In this document: in pieces, positions 10,338-23,118 of the stretch
Layout of the letters: each line of letters begins with the position of its first letter
Position numbering within the stretch: position 1 is the stretch's first letter
Virus record (IMG/VR): IMGVR_UViG_3300024348_000005
Coordinates: 32,001 to 96,000 of that record
From: a virus
Strand: one strand, 5' to 3'
DNA length: 64,000 nt
Translations under genes and position numbers: made by a program
The notes under the pieces: model-generated
Databases searched by the model: none
Told to the model about the DNA's origin: nothing
What the model saw: the letters and a program-made list of their open reading frames with translations, nothing else

Positions 10338-12106
10338 TGGAAAAGAAAAAAATAATATTACCAACCAAGAGATTCTTCAAGGCAGAAGAGGAAGACTTAG
10401 ATTTAAGATTAAATTTAGATTCTTCTGAAAATTTAATGCGTCTTGGTGACAGAGATGTTGTTTTAGATATTGCACAATTATTTAGTGATGAAAGAAACGA
10501 TAGTAAGAATTATAAAATATATGGTAAATTAAAAATGATTTTCAGAAATATGTATTCTGGAAGTACAACATACGAACCATTACAAAAAAATCTTTATTTA
10601 AGTGGTGATGGAAGTGATAATAATTTCGATGGATTTTTACCTTATAATGAATTAGCGTTTTTAAGAAACGATGTTTTAAGAGAAATATACGTACCGTTAA
10701 GTGGAACATCACCAACTTTTGGTGTAACAACAATTTTAACAGGAACAACTAATACAGGTCATACGGTTACCACATCGATTACGGCACCATATAAAAATTG
10801 GAACATATATCTAAGTTATGTACAAAGTCACAATAGTTTGTTCCCAATGAAATATAGTTTATCAGGATCAACTGCGGGTGAAACAATAAGTTTTACATCG
10901 GGTGATGGTATTCCATTTAGATTATCATATTCAGGTGGTTCTTATTATGAATTAACTTCACCTGTTGAACATGGAATGAAATCTGGGGAGTTTGTTGTAT
11001 TATCAGGAACAACATTAACAGGAAACGTTAGTGGTAGAACATTTACAATTGATAGTGTTGGTAATGAGGTTCACAATTCAGAAAAATATGTAATTAATTT
11101 ATTAAAGAGTCAAATTTTAACAGGAACAACAATACCATTATTAACTGTTGGTAAAAGATGTTTAAATAGAAATGATATTACAGGTACAACATCACAATAT
11201 TATGTTCATCAACATAAAACATTAACAGATTCTACGAATTATATTTTAGATAAAATTGGTTTTGAAACCCCAATATGGGAAGACGAAAGAAAACTATTAA
11301 TTGAAAATTCAAATGGTGATAATGACGTATTAGTTGAAAGAAATAGAATGGAATCTTTAATATATGATTTTAAAGAACCATTAATATTAACAGGAATAAC
11401 AAATAATTTAGGATACACACCAACAGATGTTTATTTAACTGTTATATATAGAAACTCAAACGGATTTTTTAATTACCCACCAAAAGTTGGATGGAAATTT
11501 AATTTTCACAATACTTGGATTGATAAACATTTTAGTGGTACGACATCAAATGAAACTAAAATAACTACAACGTCTTTTACTAAATCAGGTTTTACATTTT
11601 ATAGTGGAAATTCAATCACAATAGGTACTACCGGATTAACGGGTGCATATGTTGAATATAATAAAACCGAATTAAAGGAAAGAATTATAAGTGAAGCATA
11701 TCATAAGATATCAAATCCAATAGCAACATTTGACCACAATCAAGATGGTAATGTTGATGGATTTTCAGGAGCAACCGCCGAAAATCTATTTGGTTTATAT
11801 TATCAACCATATCATAAGGTAAAATTAAAAGAATTGTCTCCATATGTTGAAACATCAAAAACAAACGACATTATAAACTTACCTGAAAATACAATGTATT
11901 TTGAAAAGGAAGGGTTATGGAAATGGAGAGATTTATATGACCATGGATATATTGACCCCGATGGTTATGGTGTTAATCATCCATTTATAAACAATATTCA
12001 TTATGTAAAAAATGATATTAATTTCTATTTAAGAAATGAGAGATTATACCAAAATAAAACTGACGGATTGACAAACTTCAACGATAAAACAATAACCGAC
12101 TGTTAA
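10337..12106 (+). CDS. Putative structural protein
   Basis: 589 aa, TAATG-coupled to both neighbours, rich in [ST]GxT. Confidence 0.5.
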   Translation: MEKKKIILPTKRFFKAEEEDLDLRLNLDSSENLMRLGDRDVVLDIAQLFSDERNDSKNYKIYGKLKMIFRNMYSGSTTYEPLQKNLYLSGDGSDNNFDGFLPYNELAFLRNDVLREIYVPLSGTSPTFGVTTILTGTTNTGHTVTTSITAPYKNWNIYLSYVQSHNSLFPMKYSLSGSTAGETISFTSGDGIPFRLSYSGGSYYELTSPVEHGMKSGEFVVLSGTTLTGNVSGRTFTIDSVGNEVHNSEKYVINLLKSQILTGTTIPLLTVGKRCLNRNDITGTTSQYYVHQHKTLTDSTNYILDKIGFETPIWEDERKLLIENSNGDNDVLVERNRMESLIYDFKEPLILTGITNNLGYTPTDVYLTVIYRNSNGFFNYPPKVGWKFNFHNTWIDKHFSGTTSNETKITTTSFTKSGFTFYSGNSITIGTTGLTGAYVEYNKTELKERIISEAYHKISNPIATFDHNQDGNVDGFSGATAENLFGLYYQPYHKVKLKELSPYVETSKTNDIINLPENTMYFEKEGLWKWRDLYDHGYIDPDGYGVNHPFINNIHYVKNDINFYLRNERLYQNKTDGLTNFNDKTITDC

Positions 12107-13665
12107 TGAAAATTTTATCTAATACAAATGATTTAACAATATCCATGAACATGGAACAAGATTTTAAAACAGATCTTGGTTGGGAAGAAGGTGCTCTTCA
12201 AATGGAAGAACAAATTCTAAGTGAAATCATTAATCCAATTGAAAATTATGAGACCGTTAGATATATTCACAAACCTTATGATGTAACAAAAAGTGGTACA
12301 ACATTTCAACAAACCGACATATGGTTTAGTTTTTATTTTTTAAATGGGTCAACATATGTTAACGATTATGAACCAACGGGTCTTTCTAATAAAGAAAATG
12401 CTTTAATGTTAAAACAAACCGTTAAAAGTTTTTTTAGATTAGAATTTTTTAAAACGCCAAATAGTGTAAAACCAGATAGAACAAATAGAAAATTAGTTTT
12501 TGCTAAAAATTTATCGTTACCATTGGGAGAAAAATATTTCCACACCACACTCAACGATTACATATTCTTACCTGTTTTTATGGGATCAAACTATAGAAAT
12601 AAAGAAAACATGTATTTGTTTTGGTTTCAGGATGAGAGTCCATTTAGTGGAACAACAATAACAGGAAACACATTTTGGATGACCGCAAAGTTTTATAATG
12701 CGGAAGATGGTAGTATAAGTGATTTTGTTAATAAACCAAATTTTACAGATGTGGTTTCTGATGGTAGAATTGGTAAGAGTGGAAACCCAATTAAGTTTTA
12801 TGAAAAAAATAGTATATCGGGTTATACTGAATATGAAGATTTATATTATAAAGTAACAATTGATAAAAGTGATTATTCATATATGGTTGAAAGGGATGTT
12901 CAGAATGACATAACCCTTACCCCAACACCAACACCTGCAACCCCTACCCCCACACCAACAACCGGAGGTGGAGGAGCAACAAACACCCCAACACCAACAG
13001 CAACCCCTACACCGACACCAACAGCAACCCCTACACCGACACCAACAGCAACCCCTACACCGACACCAACAGAAATAACTTTAATATTTACCGCAACTGT
13101 TGATAATACACAATACGGTGAGCAACCACCAAATAATATTGTAACGGTTACAGTAGAATCAAGTAGTAGTGCGGTAGGAACATATCTTTGGTGGGGTAAA
13201 AAATCTGGAACCGCCACAACAGCAGAGTTTACTAACCTTAATACCGCAATGTTAATTACCGCATCTACGGGACATACCTTTGAATTAGTAATAGATGACG
13301 ATGAAACTACTGAAACAGATCAAACATTTTCTGTTGCCATCTTTACAGGGTCATCAACCAACGCTGGTGGAGAAGTTGCATATACATCCACATTTACAAT
13401 ACTTGATGATTCTATAGCCCCACAATATAGATATGCAATATTAGAAAGAATAAAAGATTATAATGGAGGCCCTTGTGATTTGGCTGGCAATAATTTAACA
13501 AATTATTATTGGGATCAAGTAAATGACGGTATCCTTGATGGTAGTGACCAGTTATGGAGTGGTGCGGGATATTGTTATAGAGTTGTTTCATTTACCAACG
13601 ACACTAACGAATTAGGTAATACTCAAATTAGCGATGCGTCAAAAAATAACTGTCCATCATGTTAA
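12106..13665 (+). CDS. Putative structural protein with PT linker and appended Calx-beta-like and Cys-rich domains
   Basis: Core of about 265 aa, PT repeat, then DDDETTETDQTFSVAI...FTILDDS (Calx-beta-like) and a Cys-rich tail. Confidence 0.5.
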   Translation: MKILSNTNDLTISMNMEQDFKTDLGWEEGALQMEEQILSEIINPIENYETVRYIHKPYDVTKSGTTFQQTDIWFSFYFLNGSTYVNDYEPTGLSNKENALMLKQTVKSFFRLEFFKTPNSVKPDRTNRKLVFAKNLSLPLGEKYFHTTLNDYIFLPVFMGSNYRNKENMYLFWFQDESPFSGTTITGNTFWMTAKFYNAEDGSISDFVNKPNFTDVVSDGRIGKSGNPIKFYEKNSISGYTEYEDLYYKVTIDKSDYSYMVERDVQNDITLTPTPTPATPTPTPTTGGGGATNTPTPTATPTPTPTATPTPTPTATPTPTPTEITLIFTATVDNTQYGEQPPNNIVTVTVESSSSAVGTYLWWGKKSGTATTAEFTNLNTAMLITASTGHTFELVIDDDETTETDQTFSVAIFTGSSTNAGGEVAYTSTFTILDDSIAPQYRYAILERIKDYNGGPCDLAGNNLTNYYWDQVNDGILDGSDQLWSGAGYCYRVVSFTNDTNELGNTQISDASKNNCPSC

Positions 13666-13681
13666 TCTCAATAATAGTTAA

Positions 13682-14863
13682 ATGAAAAAGAATAGATACG
13701 AAATATTAAGAAAAAACATTGTTAGTGGATCTTTAGTGTCAACAACAAGTCAAAATTGGTATGACAGCAATGGTGATTTAACACCGTGGTCAGGTAGTAT
13801 TTACATCGGACCAAACATCGGAGATGGTATATATAATTTCACGGGTAGTGTTGATAATAAATATTCAAGTAACGTTACCCAAGGTCATTACAAATGGAAC
13901 GGAACTACTTGGATTTCAACACCACTGAGTGGATTATCTGAAAGTTATAATCTACCGGTATTTTTAGAAAGTACGGTAGATGAGATGGGCGTTATGGTTG
14001 GATTTGACGGTGCAATTGAACAAATGGAACAACTTGTTAATTTCTCATATACTCAAACAGGTTCCACAATACAAGTTTATAGTACGGTTAATCCCGATAA
14101 ACTTAGAAAAATTGTTGAACAAACATATACAATTAATTGGGGTGATGGATTAATTTCAGGACTAACAGTTAATGGTGGTGTTGTTGGACAATCTTTGCCA
14201 TCACTTTCACACATATACGCAGCACCTTCAGGATACACTATAACAATAACATTAGATGCACCGTGGACTAAACAAAAATTAAGTAAAAAGATTACAGTTC
14301 CAAGAAATACCACAATAACAAACTCATTAGGTTCTTTTACAGGAACAACGGTACCAGCATATTCAAACCTAACAGGACAAACTCAAAATTACCTAAATGA
14401 CCTTGATATTACAAACAACACGGGTTATACTACAACAGGTTTCACATATATGGCGGTTGGTGGTAGTAGGTTAGATGAATTAAAAAAATACGGTTCAACG
14501 GGATATACCCAAACTTTAACAAGCGGTTCTTCTCCCGACTTAGTTAAATTTACGGGTTACACATTTACATACACCGGTAATACAACTGGTACCACCACAT
14601 TACAATATAGAGACTATGAGGATGGTTATACCATGATAACAGGGTCAACAACAGGATTTACAAAAGAAGAAGTATTCAATAAGATTTTAACAAGAAACGA
14701 ACATTTTTTAGGATTTATTGATGAACCAACAATTTATTCTGATTTATTTGTTGAAAGGGGTAAACAAGGTGTTATGGAAATTAACCTCAGATTGGGTGAA
14801 ATTGATAACGTTGGTGAATTGGATATCTATGGAAATGGATATTTTAACGTAAGAAAACAATAA
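13682..14863 (+). CDS. Putative structural protein with PKD-like domain
   Basis: YTINWGDG...SHIY...YTITIT PKD signature; [ST]GxT-rich. Confidence 0.5.
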   Translation: MKKNRYEILRKNIVSGSLVSTTSQNWYDSNGDLTPWSGSIYIGPNIGDGIYNFTGSVDNKYSSNVTQGHYKWNGTTWISTPLSGLSESYNLPVFLESTVDEMGVMVGFDGAIEQMEQLVNFSYTQTGSTIQVYSTVNPDKLRKIVEQTYTINWGDGLISGLTVNGGVVGQSLPSLSHIYAAPSGYTITITLDAPWTKQKLSKKITVPRNTTITNSLGSFTGTTVPAYSNLTGQTQNYLNDLDITNNTGYTTTGFTYMAVGGSRLDELKKYGSTGYTQTLTSGSSPDLVKFTGYTFTYTGNTTGTTTLQYRDYEDGYTMITGSTTGFTKEEVFNKILTRNEHFLGFIDEPTIYSDLFVERGKQGVMEINLRLGEIDNVGELDIYGNGYFNVRKQ

Positions 14864-14888
14864 AAATTATATTTATTATTAAAAGTAT

Positions 14889-15806
14889 ATGGCAGTAGGT
14901 AGTTACGGAATAATTAGACCCGCAGATGTGTCACCAGATGATGTAGAAATATTTTATCACTACGTTTCAGGAAGAACGTCAACCGCACCGGTTTCTCTAA
15001 AAACTTTAAACAGTTCTAGTGTTTTGACACCAGTTTATCATGGTAATGATACTACAGATGATACAAACGCCCCAAATTTGGAAGTTTTAGGAGGATTATA
15101 TAATTTAAAATTAGAATCTGCGGATTTCACGGACTTAGGAATATATACACTTCATGTAAGACCAAAACAAATAAGAACTACAATTACAGATTGTGGTGTG
15201 TTGGCGTCATTACCTTCAGTAAGAGGTTTAGTTATAGATTTAAGTAATGTTCCTTCTGGTGACAGAAGTAAATTTACCCCTCAAGGATTAATTGGATATA
15301 GAATAGAATATATAAACACTGAGAACAAAAAAGTAACAAACTTCTATAGATTAGTTACTTCATCGTTTTATTGTACACCTGTGGTTTCTAATTTATCTAG
15401 TACAACACAAAAGGCGATTAGATATCAATATAGTGATGCTGCAACGAATATGTTGTTTTTAACAGTAACACCATCGTCCGCACCATCAAGTAAACCAAAC
15501 ACAATTCCATTTATCGGTACACCGGGTCAAAAAATTATTTTTACCAATACATTTTTTAACCCAACAACGATTGAGGTTGAAATGGTTGAACATGACGCAT
15601 CAACATTGGCACATGCATTATATGGTAATCAAAGTAAGGCGGTTACACCGGGTATTTACACAATTTACGATAACAATAACAATATCTATAAACAATACAA
15701 CTTATACGAAATCAAAGACGACGTTAACGAAACATTATACGAAGTTAGAGAGAAGAGAACAGATATTGATGAAACTTTAAATTTTGATACAATTACCGAA
15801 TTATAA
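14889..15806 (+). CDS. Conserved-type hypothetical structural protein
   Basis: 305 aa ORF with upstream TATTTATT, coupled to the next gene. Confidence 0.45.
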   Translation: MAVGSYGIIRPADVSPDDVEIFYHYVSGRTSTAPVSLKTLNSSSVLTPVYHGNDTTDDTNAPNLEVLGGLYNLKLESADFTDLGIYTLHVRPKQIRTTITDCGVLASLPSVRGLVIDLSNVPSGDRSKFTPQGLIGYRIEYINTENKKVTNFYRLVTSSFYCTPVVSNLSSTTQKAIRYQYSDAATNMLFLTVTPSSAPSSKPNTIPFIGTPGQKIIFTNTFFNPTTIEVEMVEHDASTLAHALYGNQSKAVTPGIYTIYDNNNNIYKQYNLYEIKDDVNETLYEVREKRTDIDETLNFDTITEL

Positions 15807-18800
15807 TGGCAAAATATAAAGTTCCAAGTCAGGCGGCTAATGGATCACAAACTTTTAGTGACAACTTAATCGGAGTTCAAATCACCGATGGTACTAGCCA
15901 ATTGACCAATACGAACTTTGCTCTTGATAAAACAATACCTGAAAGGGACGCTAAAAATTTTAAAACAAATCCGTTTTCGGATTTTTTAACTTTAGACGAT
16001 TTAAAAATTGAAGAGTCCGCTCCAATCACACAATCTAAATTAGAAAAAAATCAATCAGTTAAATTTAGAGATTCAAAAAAAGATTCAGGAAAATCATTAT
16101 ATGGTTCATTAAAAAGTAGAATTGGAGTCGCGGTTACAAAAATTATTAAGTTTTTTCCTGCCTCGGTTATGGTTGATATCGACTCACCAAAGAGTCAAAG
16201 TGGTCTAACTGCGTATAACATAACATATAATCAAAATACAAAAAGAACTAGATTAGATATTGAATTAGGAATGTTTTACAATCCATTCGATATTCTTTTT
16301 ACAAAACCAAATACAAACACAGTTGTTACTGTTGATAACCCAATTAGAAATTTCTATTCATCATATAAAAAATATGTAATTGAATTAAGTGGTGTTACAT
16401 ATAATATTGTTAGTTATGTTGAACCTAATACAAAAAATAAAATAACTCTAACGGTTTTAGGTAATCCATTCAATGGACAAACAACAACCACTAAAAATAT
16501 TTTAATTAGACCAAACGATGGTGTAAAGGAAGAATTTTTTATAGGACTTGATGATTTAGAATCATCATTATTAAATAGAGAAACACTACCAATTTACCAA
16601 TCAACATTTAAAGTACCAAGAGATATTAAGAATGGTTCGGTAACGAGTTTGTTAGATGTAAAATACAATTGGCCAATATCAAAAGACAATTACAATTTAC
16701 AAATTGTAGGTATTGGATATGATGAATATATTAATAATTTAATTGATGTTGCAGATGAAATTGATGAATATAAGTCTAACTTATTAGTTAGATTTTTATC
16801 TTCACCACAATTATTTGAATTTGATAGTGATGACAAAAAAGCGGAGTCTGTATTTCAATTATATGGACAAAGTTTTGACAAGGTAAAAAAATATATAGAC
16901 AATATTGCTTACATGAGAAATGTAAGTTATGATGGAGTTAATAACCTACCCGACATATTATTAAAAAATTTATCTAACACTTTAGGTTTAAGTACAATTA
17001 ATCTTTTTGATGAAAAGGATTTAAATGAACTTTTATATACAAGAACAGATACACAATATTCAGGATTAACGGTAGGAACCACTATCGTTGACGCAGAAAA
17101 TGAATTTTACAGAAGATTATTAGTTAATCTTTCATACATATACAAATCAAAAGGTACAAGGTCTTCAATTGAATTCTTTTTGAAATTCTTAGGAGCACCC
17201 GAACCTTTAATTAAGATTGATGAGTACGTCTATAATATAGTTTCATTACCAAAGTCATTTAACATTGATAGTGAAATTAGAAGTGTGATTATGGGTGATA
17301 AAACTGATTTAATAATTTCAGGATTCACACCGTCAACATATTCATACTCAACAGGTACAACATTAGCATCAACAACATACACTAGAGAGGAATACCCTGT
17401 TACAACTGACGGTTTACCAAGAGGATACAGTAGTGTTACTAATAATAATTTCTTTCAACAAGGTTCTGGTTGGTACGACATGACGTTAGACCATAGGTCT
17501 TCAACAACGTTAGATATTGAAAACTCAACAACAACAGGTAGAACAAAAACAATAAAAACAAAAAACAAACCATACACATATGGTGAAGAATATTTTGATA
17601 TTTTTAGATCATTACCGGGTTTAGATACGGGATTTGAAATCGTAAGTAAAGTTGACAACAATCAAAAACAAATTGTCAACAACAATTCAACTTTAATTCT
17701 TAATAGAAAAAATATTAGTGTTTATCTTTCATCCGCTAATGTGATGGATTTTGACATATATCGTAAATCTAGAGATTTGGAATTGTCATTTGGTTCTAAC
17801 ACATTGTTACCACAAACAGGTTATACGTTTGCTGAGTATGTTGATAGAATGTTACATGACCAAATTAGAAATTCACATGTAATAAAGTACAAAAAGAATT
17901 ACATCACCTTAGAGGATATACACCAAGATTATATTACTAATAGTAATTTTACTCCATATAATTTTCCAAGTGTAAATGAATTTGTAAATAAAATAGGACC
18001 ATATTGGACGCAGGTTTTAGACCAAGTAATCCCATCAACTACTTTATGGACAGGTGGTAACCTAATTCAAAATGGTATTTTTGGTAGACCAAAATATTCT
18101 TATAGATTTGGATGTAAACCAAAAGAAATTATTGAGAATGTTTATCCGAAACCAATTACATCGGGATATCAACCATTTCAAGATGAAATTGAACAATTTG
18201 ACGAATATTATGAATTTTCAACAGAAATAGATGAAACGGGTGAATCATCACATGATGGATATATAAGATTTTTTCCAACGTTTGAATTAGATGGTGTTTT
18301 GTTTAGTGGTAGTTCAAATAACTCAAGTACATATGTTTTAATATCAGGTAGCACACCAACAGCGACAAGTGCAAGGTTATATACAGGTAATGGAAATGAA
18401 ATTATTACAAATAATCCAAGTTTATACTCAAATGACTTTAATCAAATAAAACAATTATGGAAAAATGCAATAACAGGAACAACCGAATATATTAATACAT
18501 GTACCGATTGTTTATATTCTAGTTATACAACGGATTTATTTGGTAGAAACAATGAATATGCTGACGAAATTAGTTATTCAGGAATTTCAGGTTCAACACA
18601 GTATTTTAATGATTTTGGATATAGTCAAGGGTATGTTCCACTTCTAAAAAGTATTCGTAAAAAATTATTAACAGTTTCTTTTTTTACCGATAATAATGGT
18701 GAAGAAAAAATGAAAGTGACTTCGTTTTCGTATGGTCCAAATGATGGTACAATATGTAAAAGTTTTGTATTTGGTTTAGATGGTTTTGGTGATAATGATG

Positions 18801-21019
18801 CGTTTGATTGTAGATTTAGTGGTGGTACCGCGGTATATATTCCTGGACCAACTCCTACACCAACTGCAACTCCTACTCCTACCCCAACACCAACACCTAC
18901 TGCGACACCAACGGCAACACCAACACCAACCCCAACCCCTACACCGACTCCTACCGCAACACCAACGGCAACACCAACACCTACCGCAACACCAACGGTA
19001 ACTCCTACCCCTACACCTACTCCAGAATGTAACTTCGATGTTGAAGTAATTGTTGTAACGAATACACCAACACCAACTCCTACACCAACGCCAAATTGTA
19101 ACTTTGATGTAGAGGTAATTGTAGTAACTAACACCCCTACACCGACTCCTACTCCAACGCCAGATTGTAACTTCGATGTGGAGGTAGTTATTGTTACCAA
19201 CACACCAACACCAACCCCAACCCCTACACCAGATTGTAACTTCGATGTGGAAGTCGTTGTAGTAACGAACACCCCTACACCTACACCAACCCCTACACCA
19301 GATTGTAACTTCGATGTTGAAGTAATTGTTGTAACGAATACACCAACACCAACCGCAACACCTACGGAGACGCCAACTCCGACACCAACCGCAACACCAG
19401 ATTGTAACTTCGATGTTGAGGTAATTGTGGTTACAAATACCCCTACACCAACACCAACCCCAACTGAAACTCCTTTGGATTGTAATTTCGATGTTGAAGT
19501 AATTGTTGTAACAAATACCCCGACACCTACTCCAACCGCAACACCTACGGAAACACCAACACCAACCCCAACAGTAACACCTACACCAACTGCAACTCCT
19601 ACACCGACTCCTACACCAACTGCAACCCCAACTGCAACCCCTACTCCTACACCAGATTGTAACTTCGATGTTGAGGTAATTGTGGTTACAAATACACCAA
19701 CTCCAACTCCAACACCAACTGCAACTCCTTTGGATTGTAACTTCGATGTTAAGGTAATTGTGGTTACAAATACGCCAACTCCTACACCGACTCCGACGCC
19801 TGAAACACCTACTCCAACCCCTACCGCAACACCTACACCTACGCCAACACCTGAGACCCCAACTCCTACACCTACACCAACCGCAACTCCAACTGCAACA
19901 CCAACTGCAACACCTACCCCTACACCAACCGCAACTCCAACTGCAACACCAACTGCAACACCTACCCCTACTCCGGAATGTAATTTTAATGTTGAGGTAA
20001 TTATTGTTACAAATACTCCTACCCCAACTCCTACACCTACACCAACCGCAACACCAACTGCAACTCCTACACCTACACCAACCGCAACACCAACTGCTAC
20101 ACCGACACCTACACCAACTGCGACCCCAACTCCTACACCAACACCGGCAACACCGACACCTACACCGACTCCTACACCAACTGCAACCCCTACACCAACA
20201 CCAACAGTGGACGCTAATTTCTATTTCTTAGCAGAAAGATATGAGTGTTTAGAAAATGGTAGTTGTAGTTACGTTGAGGATGTGATTGTAATGAACCCTA
20301 TAGATTTATCAATTCACCCATCGTCGCCTCGTTACAGGTTAGACCCTACAACAGGATATATTTTAAGAATAATAACAGAGGTGTCGCCACAAATTGCATT
20401 AATTACAAATATGTCAGGAGGAGGTAGTGCAATCTGTAGTGCTTATTGTGATCAACCAACCCCAACTCCTACCCCAACACCTACACCTGCTACTCCTACC
20501 CCAACTCCTACACCTGCAACGCCTACCCCAACACCAACACCATTACCTGGTTCAGGGTATTATAATGGCGGATATGGTTGTCAATTCTATACTTATGACC
20601 CTGGATTCCCAACTTGTGATCCAAATGCCACTCCAACACCAACACCAACATTAACTCCGATATCACAATGTACACAATTAAATTGGTCATTTAGTGAAAT
20701 GAACGGAGCACAGGGTGTATTTGAGTTATATGTAAACTCAATACTTGTAGAAAGTAGAGCGTCAACTTCAAATGGAAGTTACACGGTTTGTCTTAATGAT
20801 ACAATAGAAGTTGAGGTGTTCTGTAATGCATGTGAAGATTCACCAAATGTACATTCAAACGCGTATTCAACATCTGATAAATTTGTATTAACAGACGCCG
20901 CGTGTACTCAGAATGGTACTGCATCTATGATAACAGGAACTTATACTGTGGTATCGGGTGATATTGGAACACCGTTTAGTGTAAATACATTCGCCGAATG
21001 TGAATATGGATGTTTATAA
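15806..21019 (+). CDS. Large baseplate (gp7 / P2 gpI-like) protein with PT-linked peptide array
   Basis: [14 protein letters not shown] motif of tail-I/gp7-like proteins; C-terminal PT repeats with ten [11 protein letters not shown]-type units. Confidence 0.55.
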   Translation: MAKYKVPSQAANGSQTFSDNLIGVQITDGTSQLTNTNFALDKTIPERDAKNFKTNPFSDFLTLDDLKIEESAPITQSKLEKNQSVKFRDSKKDSGKSLYGSLKSRIGVAVTKIIKFFPASVMVDIDSPKSQSGLTAYNITYNQNTKRTRLDIELGMFYNPFDILFTKPNTNTVVTVDNPIRNFYSSYKKYVIELSGVTYNIVSYVEPNTKNKITLTVLGNPFNGQTTTTKNILIRPNDGVKEEFFIGLDDLESSLLNRETLPIYQSTFKVPRDIKNGSVTSLLDVKYNWPISKDNYNLQIVGIGYDEYINNLIDVADEIDEYKSNLLVRFLSSPQLFEFDSDDKKAESVFQLYGQSFDKVKKYIDNIAYMRNVSYDGVNNLPDILLKNLSNTLGLSTINLFDEKDLNELLYTRTDTQYSGLTVGTTIVDAENEFYRRLLVNLSYIYKSKGTRSSIEFFLKFLGAPEPLIKIDEYVYNIVSLPKSFNIDSEIRSVIMGDKTDLIISGFTPSTYSYSTGTTLASTTYTREEYPVTTDGLPRGYSSVTNNNFFQQGSGWYDMTLDHRSSTTLDIENSTTTGRTKTIKTKNKPYTYGEEYFDIFRSLPGLDTGFEIVSKVDNNQKQIVNNNSTLILNRKNISVYLSSANVMDFDIYRKSRDLELSFGSNTLLPQTGYTFAEYVDRMLHDQIRNSHVIKYKKNYITLEDIHQDYITNSNFTPYNFPSVNEFVNKIGPYWTQVLDQVIPSTTLWTGGNLIQNGIFGRPKYSYRFGCKPKEIIENVYPKPITSGYQPFQDEIEQFDEYYEFSTEIDETGESSHDGYIRFFPTFELDGVLFSGSSNNSSTYVLISGSTPTATSARLYTGNGNEIITNNPSLYSNDFNQIKQLWKNAITGTTEYINTCTDCLYSSYTTDLFGRNNEYADEISYSGISGSTQYFNDFGYSQGYVPLLKSIRKKLLTVSFFTDNNGEEKMKVTSFSYGPNDGTICKSFVFGLDGFGDNDAFDCRFSGGTAVYIPGPTPTPTATPTPTPTPTPTATPTATPTPTPTPTPTPTATPTATPTPTATPTVTPTPTPTPECNFDVEVIVVTNTPTPTPTPTPNCNFDVEVIVVTNTPTPTPTPTPDCNFDVEVVIVTNTPTPTPTPTPDCNFDVEVVVVTNTPTPTPTPTPDCNFDVEVIVVTNTPTPTATPTETPTPTPTATPDCNFDVEVIVVTNTPTPTPTPTETPLDCNFDVEVIVVTNTPTPTPTATPTETPTPTPTVTPTPTATPTPTPTPTATPTATPTPTPDCNFDVEVIVVTNTPTPTPTPTATPLDCNFDVKVIVVTNTPTPTPTPTPETPTPTPTATPTPTPTPETPTPTPTPTATPTATPTATPTPTPTATPTATPTATPTPTPECNFNVEVIIVTNTPTPTPTPTPTATPTATPTPTPTATPTATPTPTPTATPTPTPTPATPTPTPTPTPTATPTPTPTVDANFYFLAERYECLENGSCSYVEDVIVMNPIDLSIHPSSPRYRLDPTTGYILRIITEVSPQIALITNMSGGGSAICSAYCDQPTPTPTPTPTPATPTPTPTPATPTPTPTPLPGSGYYNGGYGCQFYTYDPGFPTCDPNATPTPTPTLTPISQCTQLNWSFSEMNGAQGVFELYVNSILVESRASTSNGSYTVCLNDTIEVEVFCNACEDSPNVHSNAYSTSDKFVLTDAACTQNGTASMITGTYTVVSGDIGTPFSVNTFAECEYGCL
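18848..20205 (+). repeat. Coding Pro-Thr repeat tract with ten [12 protein letters not shown] units
   Basis: In-frame repeats with synonymous variation; minimal period 69 bp. Confidence 0.95.
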
Positions 21020-21108
21020 AATACATTATCAATAAAAAATATAGAAAACTCTTTTTCCATAAAAAATAAAACAAAATAAACAGATATTTATAATAAAAAA
21101 AAGAAAAC

Positions 21109-21639
21109 ATGCAAGTAACATTTTATCTAACTCAGGCGTCAGCAAATACCGCCGCTGGACCTTTTAACATATCAGGAACAACATCGGGAGGTGCTGCGAA
21201 TACTGTAGAAATACAGGCGGGAGTGTCAAAGTCAACATTACTAGCGGGTTATACCGAAGAAATTGCCAATAACATAACAGGAGGTACCGTTACAAGTACA
21301 GGTGCAACATGTAACACAACTGATACATGGAGTATTAATGAATTGTATGTTACACCAACCCCAACCCCATCACCTGTACCATATGCTGAATATACCGGTT
21401 CTGGTTATGGAAGTAATGTTGGATCCGCATGTAACGATGCATCAACGGCCAATGGTGGTCTTGGTAGAACATTATATTCAGATTGTGAATCTTCCGAATT
21501 TGGTGTTAATTGTTATGTTTATTCAGACGATTTCGGTAATGCATTAACTGGATACAATAATGTATTCATGCACGCATCAAATTGGGATATTAGTTCGGTG
21601 ACAGGAAGGATAACCGCACTATCGTCAGAGCAATGTTAA
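21109..21639 (+). CDS. Small two-module virion decoration-type protein with PT linker
   Basis: N module, TPTPTPSP linker and Cys-bracketed C module; own TATTTATA motif and terminator. Confidence 0.5.
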   Translation: MQVTFYLTQASANTAAGPFNISGTTSGGAANTVEIQAGVSKSTLLAGYTEEIANNITGGTVTSTGATCNTTDTWSINELYVTPTPTPSPVPYAEYTGSGYGSNVGSACNDASTANGGLGRTLYSDCESSEFGVNCYVYSDDFGNALTGYNNVFMHASNWDISSVTGRITALSSEQC

Positions 21640-21665
21640 TTGGTGATTTAAAACTATACAATTTT

Positions 21666-21693
21666 AAAACCCCTTTATTATAAGGGGTTTTTT
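21666..21693 (+). terminator. Intrinsic terminator
   Basis: AAAACCCCTT-TATTAT-AAGGGGTTTT plus T tract. Confidence 0.8.
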
Positions 21694-21725
21694 ATTTAAT
21701 TTATATCTAACAGTATTTATAGTAT

Positions 21726-23093
21726 ATGTCATTTTCAGTTAGAATAAGTGGAGTTACAATTGGGTTGTCGATATTAAACGTCAACATACAAGCCTGTTCC
21801 GATATAAACGGTTCAGTTGGATGTACAACCGTTGTAACAAACGTTCCGAGAGCGGGATTTCCGATGTTTGTTGATGTACCCGATAATACATATTCAGTAA
21901 AATTAGTTGCGTCGAATATTAATGATGGGGAAGATAGTAATGGAAATCTTTGTTCACCATCACCATTGGTAATTGCATTAAATAACAGACCAACACCGAC
22001 ACCTACAGCAACACCAACACCTACACCAACACCTACACCAACAGCAACACCAACACCAACAGCAACACCTACACCAACAGCAACACCAACAGCAACACCA
22101 ACAGCAACAGCAACCCCTACACCAACCCCAACACCAACGGCAACTCCTACACCAACACCTACGCCAACACCTACACCAACAGCAACGCCAACACCAACAG
22201 CAACTGAAACACCATATTATTTACAATTAAGTCGTTGTGATTCTGCACCAAACACAGTTACTGGTTGGACACTGAATACTTATACACAATCACAAATAAT
22301 GGTTGGTAATATATTCTTATCAGCCGGTGGTTACTATTATCAAGTTATTAACTATCAAACAGCACAACCAAACCCAGCGGGAATTATAGATGGTACTAAA
22401 GCGGGAGCACAATATCAAACATGTTCCGACACGCCTGGAGCCTATGTGGAACCACCAGATAATCCTGGTGTTAGTTTATTAATACATACTGGTCAAACAT
22501 TCAATAATAGTAGTACACCTTGTGCTATGTACGAGTCATCAATTGCAACAAATAGTGGTACAGTATACTTAAGTGGGCATACAATACCAGCAAATGGTGA
22601 CTACGCGTACACAACTGCGGTTTGTAATGAAACATATGCCGGAGATTCAAACTATTATGCTTCTCTTGCGAATAGTAGTAGATATGCGTTTACAATTGGA
22701 AGTGGTGGATATATTAATAACGTTGTTCAATGTGGTGTAATACCAACCGCAACGCCAACGCCAACCCCTAGTCCAACACCTACATCGGTAGTGTTATATG
22801 GAATATTTAGATCTACAGGATTATCGACTTTTAATGGTCATTGTAATAACAACTATGTAACCAATGCTCAATTCTATGGTCAAACAACATCACCTAATAG
22901 TTTATATGGAACCATTGTGTATGCAGATACAGAATATACACCATTTGACGGTGGTAGTTTATGGTATGCTTTAGGTAATGATAGTCAATCTAATACAAAT
23001 GATTTACCATACTATTCAATACAAATCATTAGTACTGGTGAGGTAACTAGTGTACAATATTTAACAAGTTGTTCTAGTGGTTCTCAAGCATAA
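21726..23093 (+). CDS. Multi-module PT-linked, Cys-rich virion decoration-type protein
   Basis: N module, long PT/AT linker and three Cys-bracketed modules. Confidence 0.5.
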   Translation: MSFSVRISGVTIGLSILNVNIQACSDINGSVGCTTVVTNVPRAGFPMFVDVPDNTYSVKLVASNINDGEDSNGNLCSPSPLVIALNNRPTPTPTATPTPTPTPTPTATPTPTATPTPTATPTATPTATATPTPTPTPTATPTPTPTPTPTPTATPTPTATETPYYLQLSRCDSAPNTVTGWTLNTYTQSQIMVGNIFLSAGGYYYQVINYQTAQPNPAGIIDGTKAGAQYQTCSDTPGAYVEPPDNPGVSLLIHTGQTFNNSSTPCAMYESSIATNSGTVYLSGHTIPANGDYAYTTAVCNETYAGDSNYYASLANSSRYAFTIGSGGYINNVVQCGVIPTATPTPTPSPTPTSVVLYGIFRSTGLSTFNGHCNNNYVTNAQFYGQTTSPNSLYGTIVYADTEYTPFDGGSLWYALGNDSQSNTNDLPYYSIQIISTGEVTSVQYLTSCSSGSQA

Positions 23094-23118
23094 AATAAAA
23101 AAAAGATATTTATAACAT

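Noticed and set aside
19022-19780. CRISPR-like pattern: repeats of about 36 bp (GATTGTAACTTCGATGTTGAAGTAATTGTTGTAAC) at about 69-bp period
   Set aside because: Repeats are in frame, vary mainly at synonymous positions, the spacers all encode Pro-Thr, and no cas genes are present.
12900-20654. GVGVGV minus-strand and QHQHL alternative-frame ORFs
   Set aside because: Shadows of Pro-Thr repeats.
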